DNA of 64,000 bases from Patescibacteria group bacterium (GTDB taxonomy: Bacteria > Patescibacteriota > Minisyncoccia > UBA6257 > GWB1-50-10), in contig JBFLWN010000006.1 of NCBI GenBank assembly GCA_040757555.1, forward strand, positions 5,748 to 69,747, read 5' to 3'. Below the pieces are notes generated by a model. That model saw only the letters and a program-made list of their open reading frames with translations. It was not told where the DNA came from and did not search any database. Positions 53,162 to 62,488 of the stretch are shown in pieces. Numbering within the stretch: the stretch's first letter is position 1; each line of letters starts with the position of its first letter. The translations under genes were made by a program, and so were the position numbers.

Positions 53162-55645
53162 ATGATAAAAAAGAAGAAGGTAAAAAAAGGGGGGTTCACT
53201 AAAACATTTTGGTCTGTGTTTATATTTGGATCATTTGGAATTCTTGTTGTTGGTTCTGTATATATTGCAATTCTCATCCAAACACTTCCCTCTCCAGAAC
53301 AGTTTAATGTTCAGAGATCCAATCAATCAACAAAAATATACGACAAAAACGGTGAGGTGGTCCTCTATGAAATACATGGGGAAGAAAAGAGAACGGTTGT
53401 GCCGTTTGAAGAAATACCCGATGTGGTAAAAAAAGCAACACTTGCTGCCGAAAATGCAGATTTTTATAATCAACCAGCATTTGATTGGCGAGCGATTCTC
53501 CGGGCCCTTTATGCAAATATAAAAAAAGGTACAACTGCACAAGGGGGATCTACCATCACCCAACAACTCGCAAAAAACGTTTTCCTTAGTCCAGAAAAAA
53601 CAATAACAAGAAAGGTAAAGGAACTTATTCTTGCTCTTGAACTCGAATCAAAATATTCCAAAGATCAAATTCTTTATTTTTATCTCAATCAAATACCCTA
53701 TGGATCAAACGCATATGGGGTTGAGGCCGCAAGTCAAAGTTATTTTGGAAAATCTGTACGAAATATTTCTTTGGAGGAAGCTGCTGTTCTTGCGGGAATG
53801 TTGAAGGCCCCGAGTTATTTTTCTCCGTGGGGATCTCACACAAAAGACCTTCTTGATAGAAAAAATTATGTGTTGGACCGCATGGGAGAATTAAATTTTG
53901 TGGAAAAAGAGATTGTAGAGAAGGCAAAAAAGAAAGAGGTTGTGTTTACTCCCCCATCCCTCGGATCAATTAAGGCGCCCCACTTTTCCCTTATGGTAAA
54001 AGATTATCTCATAAATAAATATGGGGAAGAATTGGTCAATAATGGTGGATTAAAAGTTATTTCCACACTTGATTGGAAGATGCAGGAAATAGCCGAAAAA
54101 GCTGTTCTGGAGGGCTCTAAAAACAACGAAAACGTCTATGGTGCCAATAACGCCGCCCTCGTCGCAGAAGACCCAAAAACAGGCCAAATTTTAGCTTTGG
54201 TGGGTTCTAGAGATTACTTTGATATTAAAAACGAAGGAAATTTCAATGTTGCGGCTCAAGGAATGAGACAACCAGGATCAGCGCTTAAACCATTTATATA
54301 TCTCACCGCCTTTCATAAGGGCTACTCCCCAAAAACCGTTCTTTTTGACGTAAGCACAGAATTTGATTTGAGAGATTCTCCGGAAACAAGTTACCGTCCT
54401 CAAAACTTTGATGGGATGGATCATGGACCCGTAACACTCGAAAATGCACTTGCACAATCATTAAACATTCCCGCGGTAAAATTATTATATCTTGCGGGAG
54501 TAAATGACTCATTAAAAACTCTTCATGACTTTGGTATCAGCACCCTTAAAGAAACGTGGCGATATGGACTCTCGTTGGTTTTGGGTGGTGGGGAGGTAAA
54601 ATTAATTGATCTTGTAAACACTTATGGAACTCTTTCTCAGGAGGGTGTACGTCACGAACAATCTATTGTTTTAAAAATAGAAGACACTGAAGGAAATATT
54701 TTGGAAGACTACACCGACAATACAAAAAGAGTTTTCGACGACACCCAATCAATGAGGCTTGTTACACAAATTCTCTCATCACCGGAACTTCGTGCACCAA
54801 TTTTTGGAAACTCTCTTCCTTTTACAATATATGATGGATACGACGTGGCATTAAAAACAGGAACGTCCGGCGACCATCGTGATGCGTGGGTGGTTGGATA
54901 TACCCCATTCCTTGTTGTTGGTGCGTGGGCAGGAAACAATGACAATACCCCAATGATACGACAAGGGAGTAGTATTCTCGCTGCCGTTCCTATTTGGAAT
55001 TTGTTTTTACGTGATGTTATAAAAAAATACGAGCCAGAAAAATTTATAGAACCAGAACCAATTCCCTATACATCAAAACCAATGATCAATGGGGAATACA
55101 TGTGGAAACCAATAATTCAGGGGAAAACATATCCACAAATACACTCAATTCTTTATTATGTTGATAAAGAAAATCCCTTAGGTCCAAAACCAAAAAACAC
55201 CTCAATCGATCCGCAGTTTAAAAATTGGGAAGTTGGAGTGTTGAATTGGGCACGAACAAATATTCCGGATTTCCAGTTGTGGAACCAATCGATTGCGGGA
55301 GATATTTCGTTTTCATCAGACCAAGAAAACACAACCCAAAGTAATCTTGGGGGGGAGGTAAATGAAAAAACAACAATCACTGTTATTTCCCCGAAGAACG
55401 GTGAATTTGTTGTCTCTCCATTCATTATCCAAGCAAATATCCGAGCAGGAAAAAACAAAGAATTAAGACGAGTTGAATTATCAATAAACGATCGACTCAT
55501 AAACGGTTTTGATATAGAAGGGGTTTCATATAGATATCAATATTATTTCAATACAATACTTGATCCTCAGAATCTTTTTGAAATAAAAACAACCGACTCC
55601 TCCGGGTCGATTGTTAAAAATTCATTTATCGTCTATAAAAAATAG
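53162..55645 (+). CDS. class A penicillin-binding protein (PBP1A-type; glycosyltransferase GT51 plus transpeptidase) with a ~200-aa C-terminal extension
   Basis: N-terminal TM anchor; GT51 motifs (EDxxFYxHxG-like ENADFYNQPAFD, GGSTITQQLAKNVFL); transpeptidase SxxK (SALKP), SxN, KTG (KTGTS). 827 aa. Confidence 0.85.
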   Translation: MIKKKKVKKGGFTKTFWSVFIFGSFGILVVGSVYIAILIQTLPSPEQFNVQRSNQSTKIYDKNGEVVLYEIHGEEKRTVVPFEEIPDVVKKATLAAENADFYNQPAFDWRAILRALYANIKKGTTAQGGSTITQQLAKNVFLSPEKTITRKVKELILALELESKYSKDQILYFYLNQIPYGSNAYGVEAASQSYFGKSVRNISLEEAAVLAGMLKAPSYFSPWGSHTKDLLDRKNYVLDRMGELNFVEKEIVEKAKKKEVVFTPPSLGSIKAPHFSLMVKDYLINKYGEELVNNGGLKVISTLDWKMQEIAEKAVLEGSKNNENVYGANNAALVAEDPKTGQILALVGSRDYFDIKNEGNFNVAAQGMRQPGSALKPFIYLTAFHKGYSPKTVLFDVSTEFDLRDSPETSYRPQNFDGMDHGPVTLENALAQSLNIPAVKLLYLAGVNDSLKTLHDFGISTLKETWRYGLSLVLGGGEVKLIDLVNTYGTLSQEGVRHEQSIVLKIEDTEGNILEDYTDNTKRVFDDTQSMRLVTQILSSPELRAPIFGNSLPFTIYDGYDVALKTGTSGDHRDAWVVGYTPFLVVGAWAGNNDNTPMIRQGSSILAAVPIWNLFLRDVIKKYEPEKFIEPEPIPYTSKPMINGEYMWKPIIQGKTYPQIHSILYYVDKENPLGPKPKNTSIDPQFKNWEVGVLNWARTNIPDFQLWNQSIAGDISFSSDQENTTQSNLGGEVNEKTTITVISPKNGEFVVSPFIIQANIRAGKNKELRRVELSINDRLINGFDIEGVSYRYQYYFNTILDPQNLFEIKTTDSSGSIVKNSFIVYKK

Positions 55646-55646
55646 T

Positions 55647-56762
55647 TTAGTTTTTTATAGGCATCGCAACATAAATTAATGATGGATCGGTTTGATTTTT
55701 TATGATAACCGGCCTATCTGAAGTGGTTACTCCAATAATAAGCTCATCACTCTTGAAAATTTTAAATCCATCGGACAAATACTTCCAATTAAACACGAGT
55801 GTGAAACGCTCCCCCTTTAAATGAATTGGCACCTTACATCTATTTTCTCCAAGTGCATTATCTGAAGAAAATAACTCAATATATTTTTTGTTTTCTCCGA
55901 CAGTAAGTGTAATATCGTTTCCCCTTCCTGAAAACGAACTGGTAAGTCGTATTGCGTTCAAAAATTCCTGTCGTGGAATAATTGCTTCGGTATGTGTTTG
56001 TTTTGGGATAATTGGTTGATAGTCGGGAAAGTTTCCATCAATAAGACGGGATATTATCTCAGTGCTCTGCGTTTTAAATAATATTTGTGTTGGATCTATA
56101 AAAACAAAAACCTCACCTTCTTCCTGGTTATGAAGAATTTTTAAGATCTCTTCGGAGGTTTTTAGTGGAATAATACACTTCACTGGTTCTACAAATGTTG
56201 ATTTTATAAATCCCGCATCTACCCTCTTCTCTGCGAGACGAAAACTATCGGTTCCCGCACATACCATTCCATATTCTTCGACTCCTACAAAAACACCACT
56301 AATTTCGGGTCGTATTTCTGAATATTGCGTTGCGACAATAACACTCTCTATTGTTTCGACAAGTGTTTTTGAATTTATCTGTAAACTTTGGGTTTTATTA
56401 TGAATTGAGGGAATAATCGGAAATTCTTTTATTTCTTGTGTTTGTACAAAAGCTTCATAATTATCCGTCTCTATAAACAGCTTTTTTCCTTTTGATTCCA
56501 GTGTAATTCGTTCAGAGGTTATATTTTTAATAATAGTACTGAAAAGATGTAGTGGTATTGCAACTTCTCCGTTCTCTATTATTTTTCCTGAAGATATATA
56601 CGTAATTGCCAATTCCAGGTTTGTCGTCGTAAAAACAATCTTGTTGTCATCTGTTCGTATATATACACATTTTAAAATTGGAAGATTTGAATTTTCTCCA
56701 ATCGCCCGATCGACGACACTAAGTGCTTCCAAAAGTTTATTTCTTAAAACAACGAGTTTCAT
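55647..56762 (-). CDS. dnaN: DNA polymerase III beta sliding clamp
   Basis: MKLVVLRNKLLEALSVVDRAI...LPILKCVYI is a canonical DnaN N-terminus. 371 aa three-domain size. Immediately downstream of dnaA on the same strand. Confidence 0.85.
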   Translation of the reverse strand: MKLVVLRNKLLEALSVVDRAIGENSNLPILKCVYIRTDDNKIVFTTTNLELAITYISSGKIIENGEVAIPLHLFSTIIKNITSERITLESKGKKLFIETDNYEAFVQTQEIKEFPIIPSIHNKTQSLQINSKTLVETIESVIVATQYSEIRPEISGVFVGVEEYGMVCAGTDSFRLAEKRVDAGFIKSTFVEPVKCIIPLKTSEEILKILHNQEEGEVFVFIDPTQILFKTQSTEIISRLIDGNFPDYQPIIPKQTHTEAIIPRQEFLNAIRLTSSFSGRGNDITLTVGENKKYIELFSSDNALGENRCKVPIHLKGERFTLVFNWKYLSDGFKIFKSDELIIGVTTSDRPVIIKNQTDPSLIYVAMPIKN

Positions 56763-56977
56763 ATTATTATTATTATTATTAAATATTTTTTATAAGATAA
56801 GAATAGTAGTGATAATAAGGGGTGTGTATATGTGGATATCTTTGTTTTTTCATACTCCATATCGTTTTTTTATCCACAAATAAAAAGAAGAAAATTCTAA
56901 AAGGTTGATATCATTTTGTTTAGTTTTGGTTTTTATGCAAAATACTTCCACTTATACCTTTTTTATACACAGGTTTT
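56763..56977. promoter_or_regulatory. putative replication origin (oriC) in the dnaA-dnaN spacer: DnaA boxes plus AT-rich (ATT)7 unwinding-element candidate
   Basis: Perfect DnaA box TTATCCACA at 56870-56878; TGTGGATAT (one mismatch from the reverse box TGTGGATAA) at 56831-56839; TTATACACA (one mismatch) at 56963-56971; (ATT)7 tandem repeat at ~56763-56783. A 215-bp AT-rich non-coding region in the classic dnaA-dnaN context. Confidence 0.6.
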
Positions 56978-58360
56978 CTACGACTTATACAACCGTTCCT
57001 TTATAAGCATTATTTTTTGATTAAATTGCTGATTTTTATTTATTTCTTTTTCTATTTTTTCACACGCATGAATTGCAGTCGTATGATCCCTTTTTCCCAA
57101 CTTTTCCCCAATGTGGGGATACGAGAGTTTCAATATATCCCTCAAAAGATACATTGCAATTTGACGGGGTTCCACCACTTCTTTTTTTCTACTTCGATCA
57201 GTAAGTTCTGCCTGAGAAACCTCAAAAAAGTCCGCAACCGCCTTAATAATTTCTTGAACAGTGAGGTTTTTTGATGTGGTTTGGGTTGTTTCGTTTATGA
57301 TTTCATCGAGTTTTTTTCCATCAATTCCATCCTTGTGTTGAATATAAAACACCACCTTATTTAATACCCCCTCCAATTCCCTGATGTTTTTTTGTACTTT
57401 TGAGGCAATGTGTTCAAGCACCTTATCTTCAACAACAATTCCTTTTCTTTGTGTTTTTGTTTTTAAAATTGCCAAACGCATCTCATAATCCGGATAACTA
57501 ATATCAGCAATCATTCCCCCCTCAAATCTCGAGCGTAGGCGCTCTTCAAGTGTCGGAATTGCAGAGGGCGGTCTATCAGAAGAGATAATAATTTGTTTGT
57601 TGTTTTCATAAAGTGCATTGAATGTATGAAAAAATTCTTGTTCGGTTGCGGCTTTCCCACCAATAAACTGAATGTCGTCGATAATAAGGACATCCACGTC
57701 TCTATATTTCTTTTTCATATCATCAATTCTTTTATTTCGAATACCAGAAACAACATCATTCAAAAATTTTTCTGAAGTTACGTACAGCACCGCAATATTT
57801 TTTTGATATTGTTTTATAATTTCATTTCCCACCCCTTGAATAAGATGAGTTTTTCCGAGTCCAACACCCCCATACACGAAAAGAGGATTATATTTTTTCC
57901 CAATATCTTTTATTACTGCTTGCATCGCTGCGTATGCAAGTTCGTTTGATGAGCCAACAATAAACGAATCAAGTGTATATCGTGGATTTAAGTTTGTTTT
58001 AGGATCAATTTTAAGTTCAAGGGGAAGTTGAAAATTTGATTCATTTTTTTCTTCATTTACCCCCTTTTTTGTTTGTGTTGCAAAAGAATTCGTCCCGCTA
58101 TTTGTTGTTTGGTGGGATACAGAGTAATCAATGTTTTTTATTGAGGGATCAAAATTTCGAAGTGATCCGAGAATGATTTTGTGATAGCGGTTTTTTACCC
58201 ACTCTTTCGCAAAGTTGTTTGGAAGACTTACGAGCGCCACCCCATCTCGTTCATTCTTTCCAATAAGCTGACTTTGTTTTAACCACGTAAGAAAATTTGG
58301 TCGCGAAATTTGCAATTCTATTTCTCCCAACACAGCCCTCCAAAGTTCTTGTGATTCCAT
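56978..58360 (-). CDS. dnaA: chromosomal replication initiator protein DnaA
   Basis: N-terminus MESQELWRAVLGEIELQISRPNFLTWL; AAA+ Walker A NPLFVYGGVGLGKTHL; C-terminal DNA-binding domain (MYLLRDILKLSYPHIGEKLGKRDHTTAIHACEKI). 460 aa. Confidence 0.9.
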   Translation of the reverse strand: MESQELWRAVLGEIELQISRPNFLTWLKQSQLIGKNERDGVALVSLPNNFAKEWVKNRYHKIILGSLRNFDPSIKNIDYSVSHQTTNSGTNSFATQTKKGVNEEKNESNFQLPLELKIDPKTNLNPRYTLDSFIVGSSNELAYAAMQAVIKDIGKKYNPLFVYGGVGLGKTHLIQGVGNEIIKQYQKNIAVLYVTSEKFLNDVVSGIRNKRIDDMKKKYRDVDVLIIDDIQFIGGKAATEQEFFHTFNALYENNKQIIISSDRPPSAIPTLEERLRSRFEGGMIADISYPDYEMRLAILKTKTQRKGIVVEDKVLEHIASKVQKNIRELEGVLNKVVFYIQHKDGIDGKKLDEIINETTQTTSKNLTVQEIIKAVADFFEVSQAELTDRSRKKEVVEPRQIAMYLLRDILKLSYPHIGEKLGKRDHTTAIHACEKIEKEINKNQQFNQKIMLIKERLYKS

Positions 58361-58502
58361 GATCTTTATAATAGATACATTCTATAACGTTTCAATATTG
58401 ATTCATATTTTTTTTTGTGCTTTAATTGTTCATAAGGTGTGGAAAGAGGTTTTGTCGTAAATCACACAACCATATCGTCGCGACACATAAAGACAAAGAA
58501 TT

Positions 58503-58637
58503 ATGAGTAGGACATATCAACCAAAAAAGAAGAAAAGAGCCAGAACACACGGGTTTTTGAAGAGATCGAAGACCCCAGGGGGAAGAAATGTACTGAAAAG
58601 AAGGAGGGCCCGAGGAAGAAAGAAGCTTTCAGTATAG
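58503..58637 (+). CDS. rpmH: 50S ribosomal protein L34 (44 aa, below ORF-track cutoff)
   Basis: [44 protein letters not shown] is canonical L34. Divergent from dnaA, the typical arrangement. Confidence 0.9.
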   Translation: MSRTYQPKKKKRARTHGFLKRSKTPGGRNVLKRRRARGRKKLSV

Positions 58638-58640
58638 ACA

Positions 58641-58886
58641 ATGAGTTTTTTTATTGTAAAAAAGAACAAGAGCGGGTCACAAAAAAAACCGCTCTTTATT
58701 GTTATCCGAGCGGCAGATATACAAACCGCAGTGAAAAGGAATGTGTTAAAGAGACAAATACGCACAATTGTCCAGAGAAATAAAAAAAACACAACATCCG
58801 GATATGATTACAAAATAATTGTAAAAAAAGGAGGAGACATGCTATCATTTGAACAAATTAAGAGAGAGATTGAACCATATTTGTAA
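58641..58886 (+). CDS. rnpA: ribonuclease P protein component, unusually short (81 aa)
   Basis: Position after rpmH and the RNR-like motif VKRNVLKRQIRTIV. Only ~30 residues precede the motif, versus ~60 in typical RnpA. Confidence 0.65.
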   Translation: MSFFIVKKNKSGSQKKPLFIVIRAADIQTAVKRNVLKRQIRTIVQRNKKNTTSGYDYKIIVKKGGDMLSFEQIKREIEPYL

Positions 58887-58900
58887 CTATTATTAATTTT

Positions 58901-59572
58901 ATGAGCGGAATTTTCCATACATACCTTTATTCTCCAATTTTGTGGGTTTTTATATTTATTTATGAGAACCTTGCATTTAAAGATATTGGGTTTTCAATTT
59001 TTATTCTCACCGTGCTCGTGCGTGTGGTGCTTTTTCCAATTTTTTATAAAAGCGCAAAGGACCAGTCGCTCATGCAAAGAATTCAGCCGAAGTTAAAAAA
59101 AATTCAGACCGATCACAAAGACAACAAAGAAGAACAAGCGCGGCAAATGATGAATTTGTACAAAGAAAACAAACTAAATCCTTTTTCTGGATTTCTTTTG
59201 TTACTCATACAACTTCCTGTTTTTATTGTGCTGTTTCAAATTTTTACCAGAGAACTTTCGACATCGGTGTTTGACAATCAACTATTTTTAGGCTTAATTA
59301 ACCTAGGAGAGAAGAGTATTATTATCGCGATTATTGCCGCTGGATTGCAATACTTACAAAGCAAATTACTTCTTCCCCCATCTTCAAAGGAAAACAAAGA
59401 TGAAGATACAATGGCGCGCGTTGGGAAAACGATGGTAGTGGTAGGGCCGGTACTTACGTTTTTTATATTAATGAATCTTCCATCGGCACTCGGATTTTAT
59501 TGGGTGATTTCATCACTTTTCTCTATCGCACAACAGGTTTATATTAATAAGAAAATACCAAAAGAATTGTAA
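58901..59572 (+). CDS. yidC: membrane protein insertase YidC (short Gram-positive/Oxa1-type)
   Basis: Five-TM core with conserved VRVVLFPIFYKSAK...NPFSGFLLLLIQLPVFIVLFQ, in rpmH-rnpA-yidC-jag synteny. 223 aa. Confidence 0.85.
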   Translation: MSGIFHTYLYSPILWVFIFIYENLAFKDIGFSIFILTVLVRVVLFPIFYKSAKDQSLMQRIQPKLKKIQTDHKDNKEEQARQMMNLYKENKLNPFSGFLLLLIQLPVFIVLFQIFTRELSTSVFDNQLFLGLINLGEKSIIIAIIAAGLQYLQSKLLLPPSSKENKDEDTMARVGKTMVVVGPVLTFFILMNLPSALGFYWVISSLFSIAQQVYINKKIPKEL

Positions 59573-59577
59573 TATAT

Positions 59578-60006
59578 ATGGACAACATACTTGAATCAAT
59601 AAAAATTATCGTGGAAAAAATGGGATTTCCCGGTGCGGAAATATCATTTGATCAGGAACACAGAAAAATGTCTTTAGTGATAGACGAAAAACTCATACAC
59701 GAAAACATCGGTATGTTTTTACCCGCACTCGACCATCTTTTTGGTCTCGTGTTTAGAAAACACGAACAAGCACCATTTGTGCTTGATGTGAACTATTATC
59801 GGAGGGAGAGAGAGCGGTTAATTGCCGAACTCGCACGAGCATCCGCAAAGAAAGCAATGGTAACAAAAACAGACATCGAGTTGCCTCCAATGAATGGATA
59901 TGAACGAAGGTTGGTACACATGGAAATCACCACCCACCCAGAATTAAGAACAGAAAGTGTTGGGGAAGGAAAAGAACGAAGGGTGGTAATAAAACACATT
60001 GAATAA
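59578..60006 (+). CDS. jag: Jag/KhpB RNA-binding protein (KH-like plus R3H domains)
   Basis: C-terminal R3H motif (ELPPMNGYERRLVHMEITTHPELRTESVGEG) and synteny after yidC. Terminator atcccgatatatatcgggat plus T-tract at 60011-60038, bidirectional. Confidence 0.75.
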   Translation: MDNILESIKIIVEKMGFPGAEISFDQEHRKMSLVIDEKLIHENIGMFLPALDHLFGLVFRKHEQAPFVLDVNYYRRERERLIAELARASAKKAMVTKTDIELPPMNGYERRLVHMEITTHPELRTESVGEGKERRVVIKHIE

Positions 60007-60038
60007 AAAATCCCGATATATATCGGGATTTTTTATTG

Positions 60039-61241
60039 TTAAATTTCTTTTGATATATCAATTCGATAGAGGGTGTTATCAAATCGGTTTTTGAAATATA
60101 TATAATTCTCAAAAAACATTACCCCCGTCGCATCGGTTTTATAGGTGATAGCGGCAGATGCGCTTAACACCCCAATTTCTTTTGTTGAAAGATTAAATTT
60201 CATAAGTGTGTCGGTGGTAAATATTTTTCTTTGTTGATATGAATCGAAAAAACCAATATAGTCATTTTGTTCTTGCGGAACAAAACAATAGGTAGTGCTC
60301 GCAAATAAATCACACTTATCGGGGATTGTGAAAAAATCCACATAGGTTGTTGTTTTTAGTGAGTTGGTGATAAAACCAAGTTGTTTTTTTGACGGGATAG
60401 AGAAAAATATATTCTTTTTGTCTTTTGAAAAACCGGGTGTCCCTCCCCGTTCCGTTTGGACAACAAGTGATAGACTTTGATCTTTCTGATTGAATTCCCA
60501 CACCCTTGAAGGATAAAAACTACTTGATCTTTCAGAAAATAATATTCTGTCAGTCGGCACAACCGAAAGGAAAACATCGTTTAAAACAAAATCTTTTAAC
60601 AGTGTTTTGTATGTTGGTTGAGCCTTTTCAATATTTATTTCCACCAAATCTTTTTTCCCCGAGTTTTTGACTATTCCAAAAAGTTTTTTTTCCGAACCCC
60701 CCCACACCACACTTACCAAATCAGAAGAGAGGGGTTTCCATGTTTTATCAACTACATTAAATATTCCGGTTTGAAGATTGTTTTTTTCCCCGAATGATGC
60801 AAGTATTTTTTCTCCTGTTTGATTCGGAAGAAGCGCATATATTGTTCCTACGGCTTGTGGCGATATTTTTTGATCATCTTCTGTTTTTGCGAGATAGACA
60901 TCTCCATCGGAATTGGTATAGAAAATCTCGTTTGTCTTTTTATTTACCCAAAAATATCCAATTTCTTGGTCTGATAATTTTTCAAGTATTGGAAGAGTGT
61001 CTCCTTGTATTTCAGATGGTGACCCCTCGGTGTTTTCACTGCCAGCGCCCTCGGGAACATCTCCGTTGTTTGTGTTTGTAACAATATTTTCACTACCACC
61101 CGGAAGAGTGTTTATTTTTGTGTTATCTATTGATACGTCTTCAATTGGTGTTCCAAAGACGACCTTCCAAGCAAAATACAATCCTGCAATACAAACAATT
61201 CCAATAAGGGTAAGAACAATTATTTTTTTTGTTTTACTCAT
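60039..61241 (-). CDS. hypothetical membrane-anchored extracytoplasmic protein (last gene of the minus-strand operon at window end)
   Basis: 400 aa, N-terminal TM anchor IIVLTLIGIVCIAGLYFAW, followed by a low-complexity linker (NTNNGDVPEGAGSENTEGSPSE) and a beta-rich domain. 3-nt gap to the upstream gene. Confidence 0.35.
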   Translation of the reverse strand: MSKTKKIIVLTLIGIVCIAGLYFAWKVVFGTPIEDVSIDNTKINTLPGGSENIVTNTNNGDVPEGAGSENTEGSPSEIQGDTLPILEKLSDQEIGYFWVNKKTNEIFYTNSDGDVYLAKTEDDQKISPQAVGTIYALLPNQTGEKILASFGEKNNLQTGIFNVVDKTWKPLSSDLVSVVWGGSEKKLFGIVKNSGKKDLVEINIEKAQPTYKTLLKDFVLNDVFLSVVPTDRILFSERSSSFYPSRVWEFNQKDQSLSLVVQTERGGTPGFSKDKKNIFFSIPSKKQLGFITNSLKTTTYVDFFTIPDKCDLFASTTYCFVPQEQNDYIGFFDSYQQRKIFTTDTLMKFNLSTKEIGVLSASAAITYKTDATGVMFFENYIYFKNRFDNTLYRIDISKEI

Positions 61242-61244
61242 AAA

Positions 61245-62486
61245 TTATTTAAAATTAACATGTATATGTTCTACTTGTTCGTAATAATTACCACAATCTT
61301 TTGCGTACGAGCGATTTTGATATGTGGTGCATATTTTTGATATATTCGAGTTGTTATTTTTCAAATAATTCAAAAGTTGTGTGTTTGTTGATAAATCAAC
61401 AACTGGTTTGTCAGCCCCATGTGTTGCGTGTCCATTCTCTGCCCCCCCCGTTATTGTAACGTCACACGCACACGATTTTTTTATATTTATCACCGCATCG
61501 ATTGTTGAAGCCGGAAGGAGTCCGACGTTTGTGCACTTAGGATTAAATGGATCTGCACAATTTCCAGAACTACTCACACGCACTCCATTCAAAGCAAGTT
61601 TTTCAACTGCTTTTTTTTCTGCGGCATCCATACCAGTGGTATATGAAGTTTTTGTGTACTTACAATTCCCATCAAATCGGTTAATGATACAACATGTTTG
61701 ATTATGGTCCTTGTCCCATCCCCACCCATCATCATTACACTCTGCTTCGCCCCCATTTTGCTCTATTGCGAGGCAACAACTTATCCCATCTATATTTGGG
61801 TCGCTGGATGCTGCTTTTCGGCACTCTTCTTTTGAATCTTTATAACAATATCCCCACTCTGTTTTTGTGACTGGCTTATCTTCTGTTGAATATTTACATT
61901 CGCCAATAATTTTGTCTTTCAAACAACAACTTTTTTTACTTGCGTTGTCATATCCCCATCCGTCGGTTTGACATCGCGCTTGCCCCCCATTTACATCAAC
62001 CGCGACACAACAACTATCTTTTTTTTGTTCATCCCACTCCCAGACCTTTTCTGTAAGGACTTGAGAATTGCTAATAAATTGTGGACCCTGTGGTTCTCGA
62101 ATTGCAATAAGTTGCGGGTTTATTGTATTTAAAATGACATATGCACCAAAAAGCAGACCAAGCCCCCAGAGCGCAGAAAAAATCATATCCTTCCCCTCAT
62201 TTTGTTTATCAGGACTTCCCCCGGAAACCGTATATAATATTCCTCCTGCCACCATCATTCCAACAGCCAATATTCCCGATATACCAATTGCGAATTGATA
62301 AAGTCTTCGGATGTAATTGGGAATACTTGCGGTTGTGTCAGCAGAAGCACAATCAGTGTATCCGAGAACTTGTGTGCCAAAACTGGTACAAGGGAATTTA
62401 TAATCTATTATTGCCGCGTGTACAGTGAAACTAAACAAAAAGAACAAAACAAGAAAAAAGACTATTTTTAAATTTGATTTTGCCAT
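61245..62486 (-). CDS. secreted/membrane protein: TrbC/VirB2-like two-helix pilin-type module fused to a Cys-rich internally repeated extracellular domain
   Basis: Signal peptide (IVFFLVLFFLFSFTVHA). Hydrophobic hairpin FAIGISGILAVGMMVAGGILYTVSGG-SPDKQNEGKD-MIFSALWGLGLLFGAYVILNTI with Gly-rich packing faces like VirB2/TrbC pilins. Then two tandem repeats SCCVAVDVNGGQARCQTDGWGYD / SCCLAIEQNGGEAECNDDGWGWD and further Cys pairs. 413 aa. Confidence 0.4.
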   Translation of the reverse strand: MAKSNLKIVFFLVLFFLFSFTVHAAIIDYKFPCTSFGTQVLGYTDCASADTTASIPNYIRRLYQFAIGISGILAVGMMVAGGILYTVSGGSPDKQNEGKDMIFSALWGLGLLFGAYVILNTINPQLIAIREPQGPQFISNSQVLTEKVWEWDEQKKDSCCVAVDVNGGQARCQTDGWGYDNASKKSCCLKDKIIGECKYSTEDKPVTKTEWGYCYKDSKEECRKAASSDPNIDGISCCLAIEQNGGEAECNDDGWGWDKDHNQTCCIINRFDGNCKYTKTSYTTGMDAAEKKAVEKLALNGVRVSSSGNCADPFNPKCTNVGLLPASTIDAVINIKKSCACDVTITGGAENGHATHGADKPVVDLSTNTQLLNYLKNNNSNISKICTTYQNRSYAKDCGNYYEQVEHIHVNFK

Positions 62487-62488
62487 AA

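Noticed and set aside
56763-56783. (ATT)7 tandem repeat considered as a CRISPR or minisatellite
   Set aside because: It is a single 21-nt microsatellite with no spacers and no cas genes. It is better interpreted as the AT-rich unwinding element of oriC.
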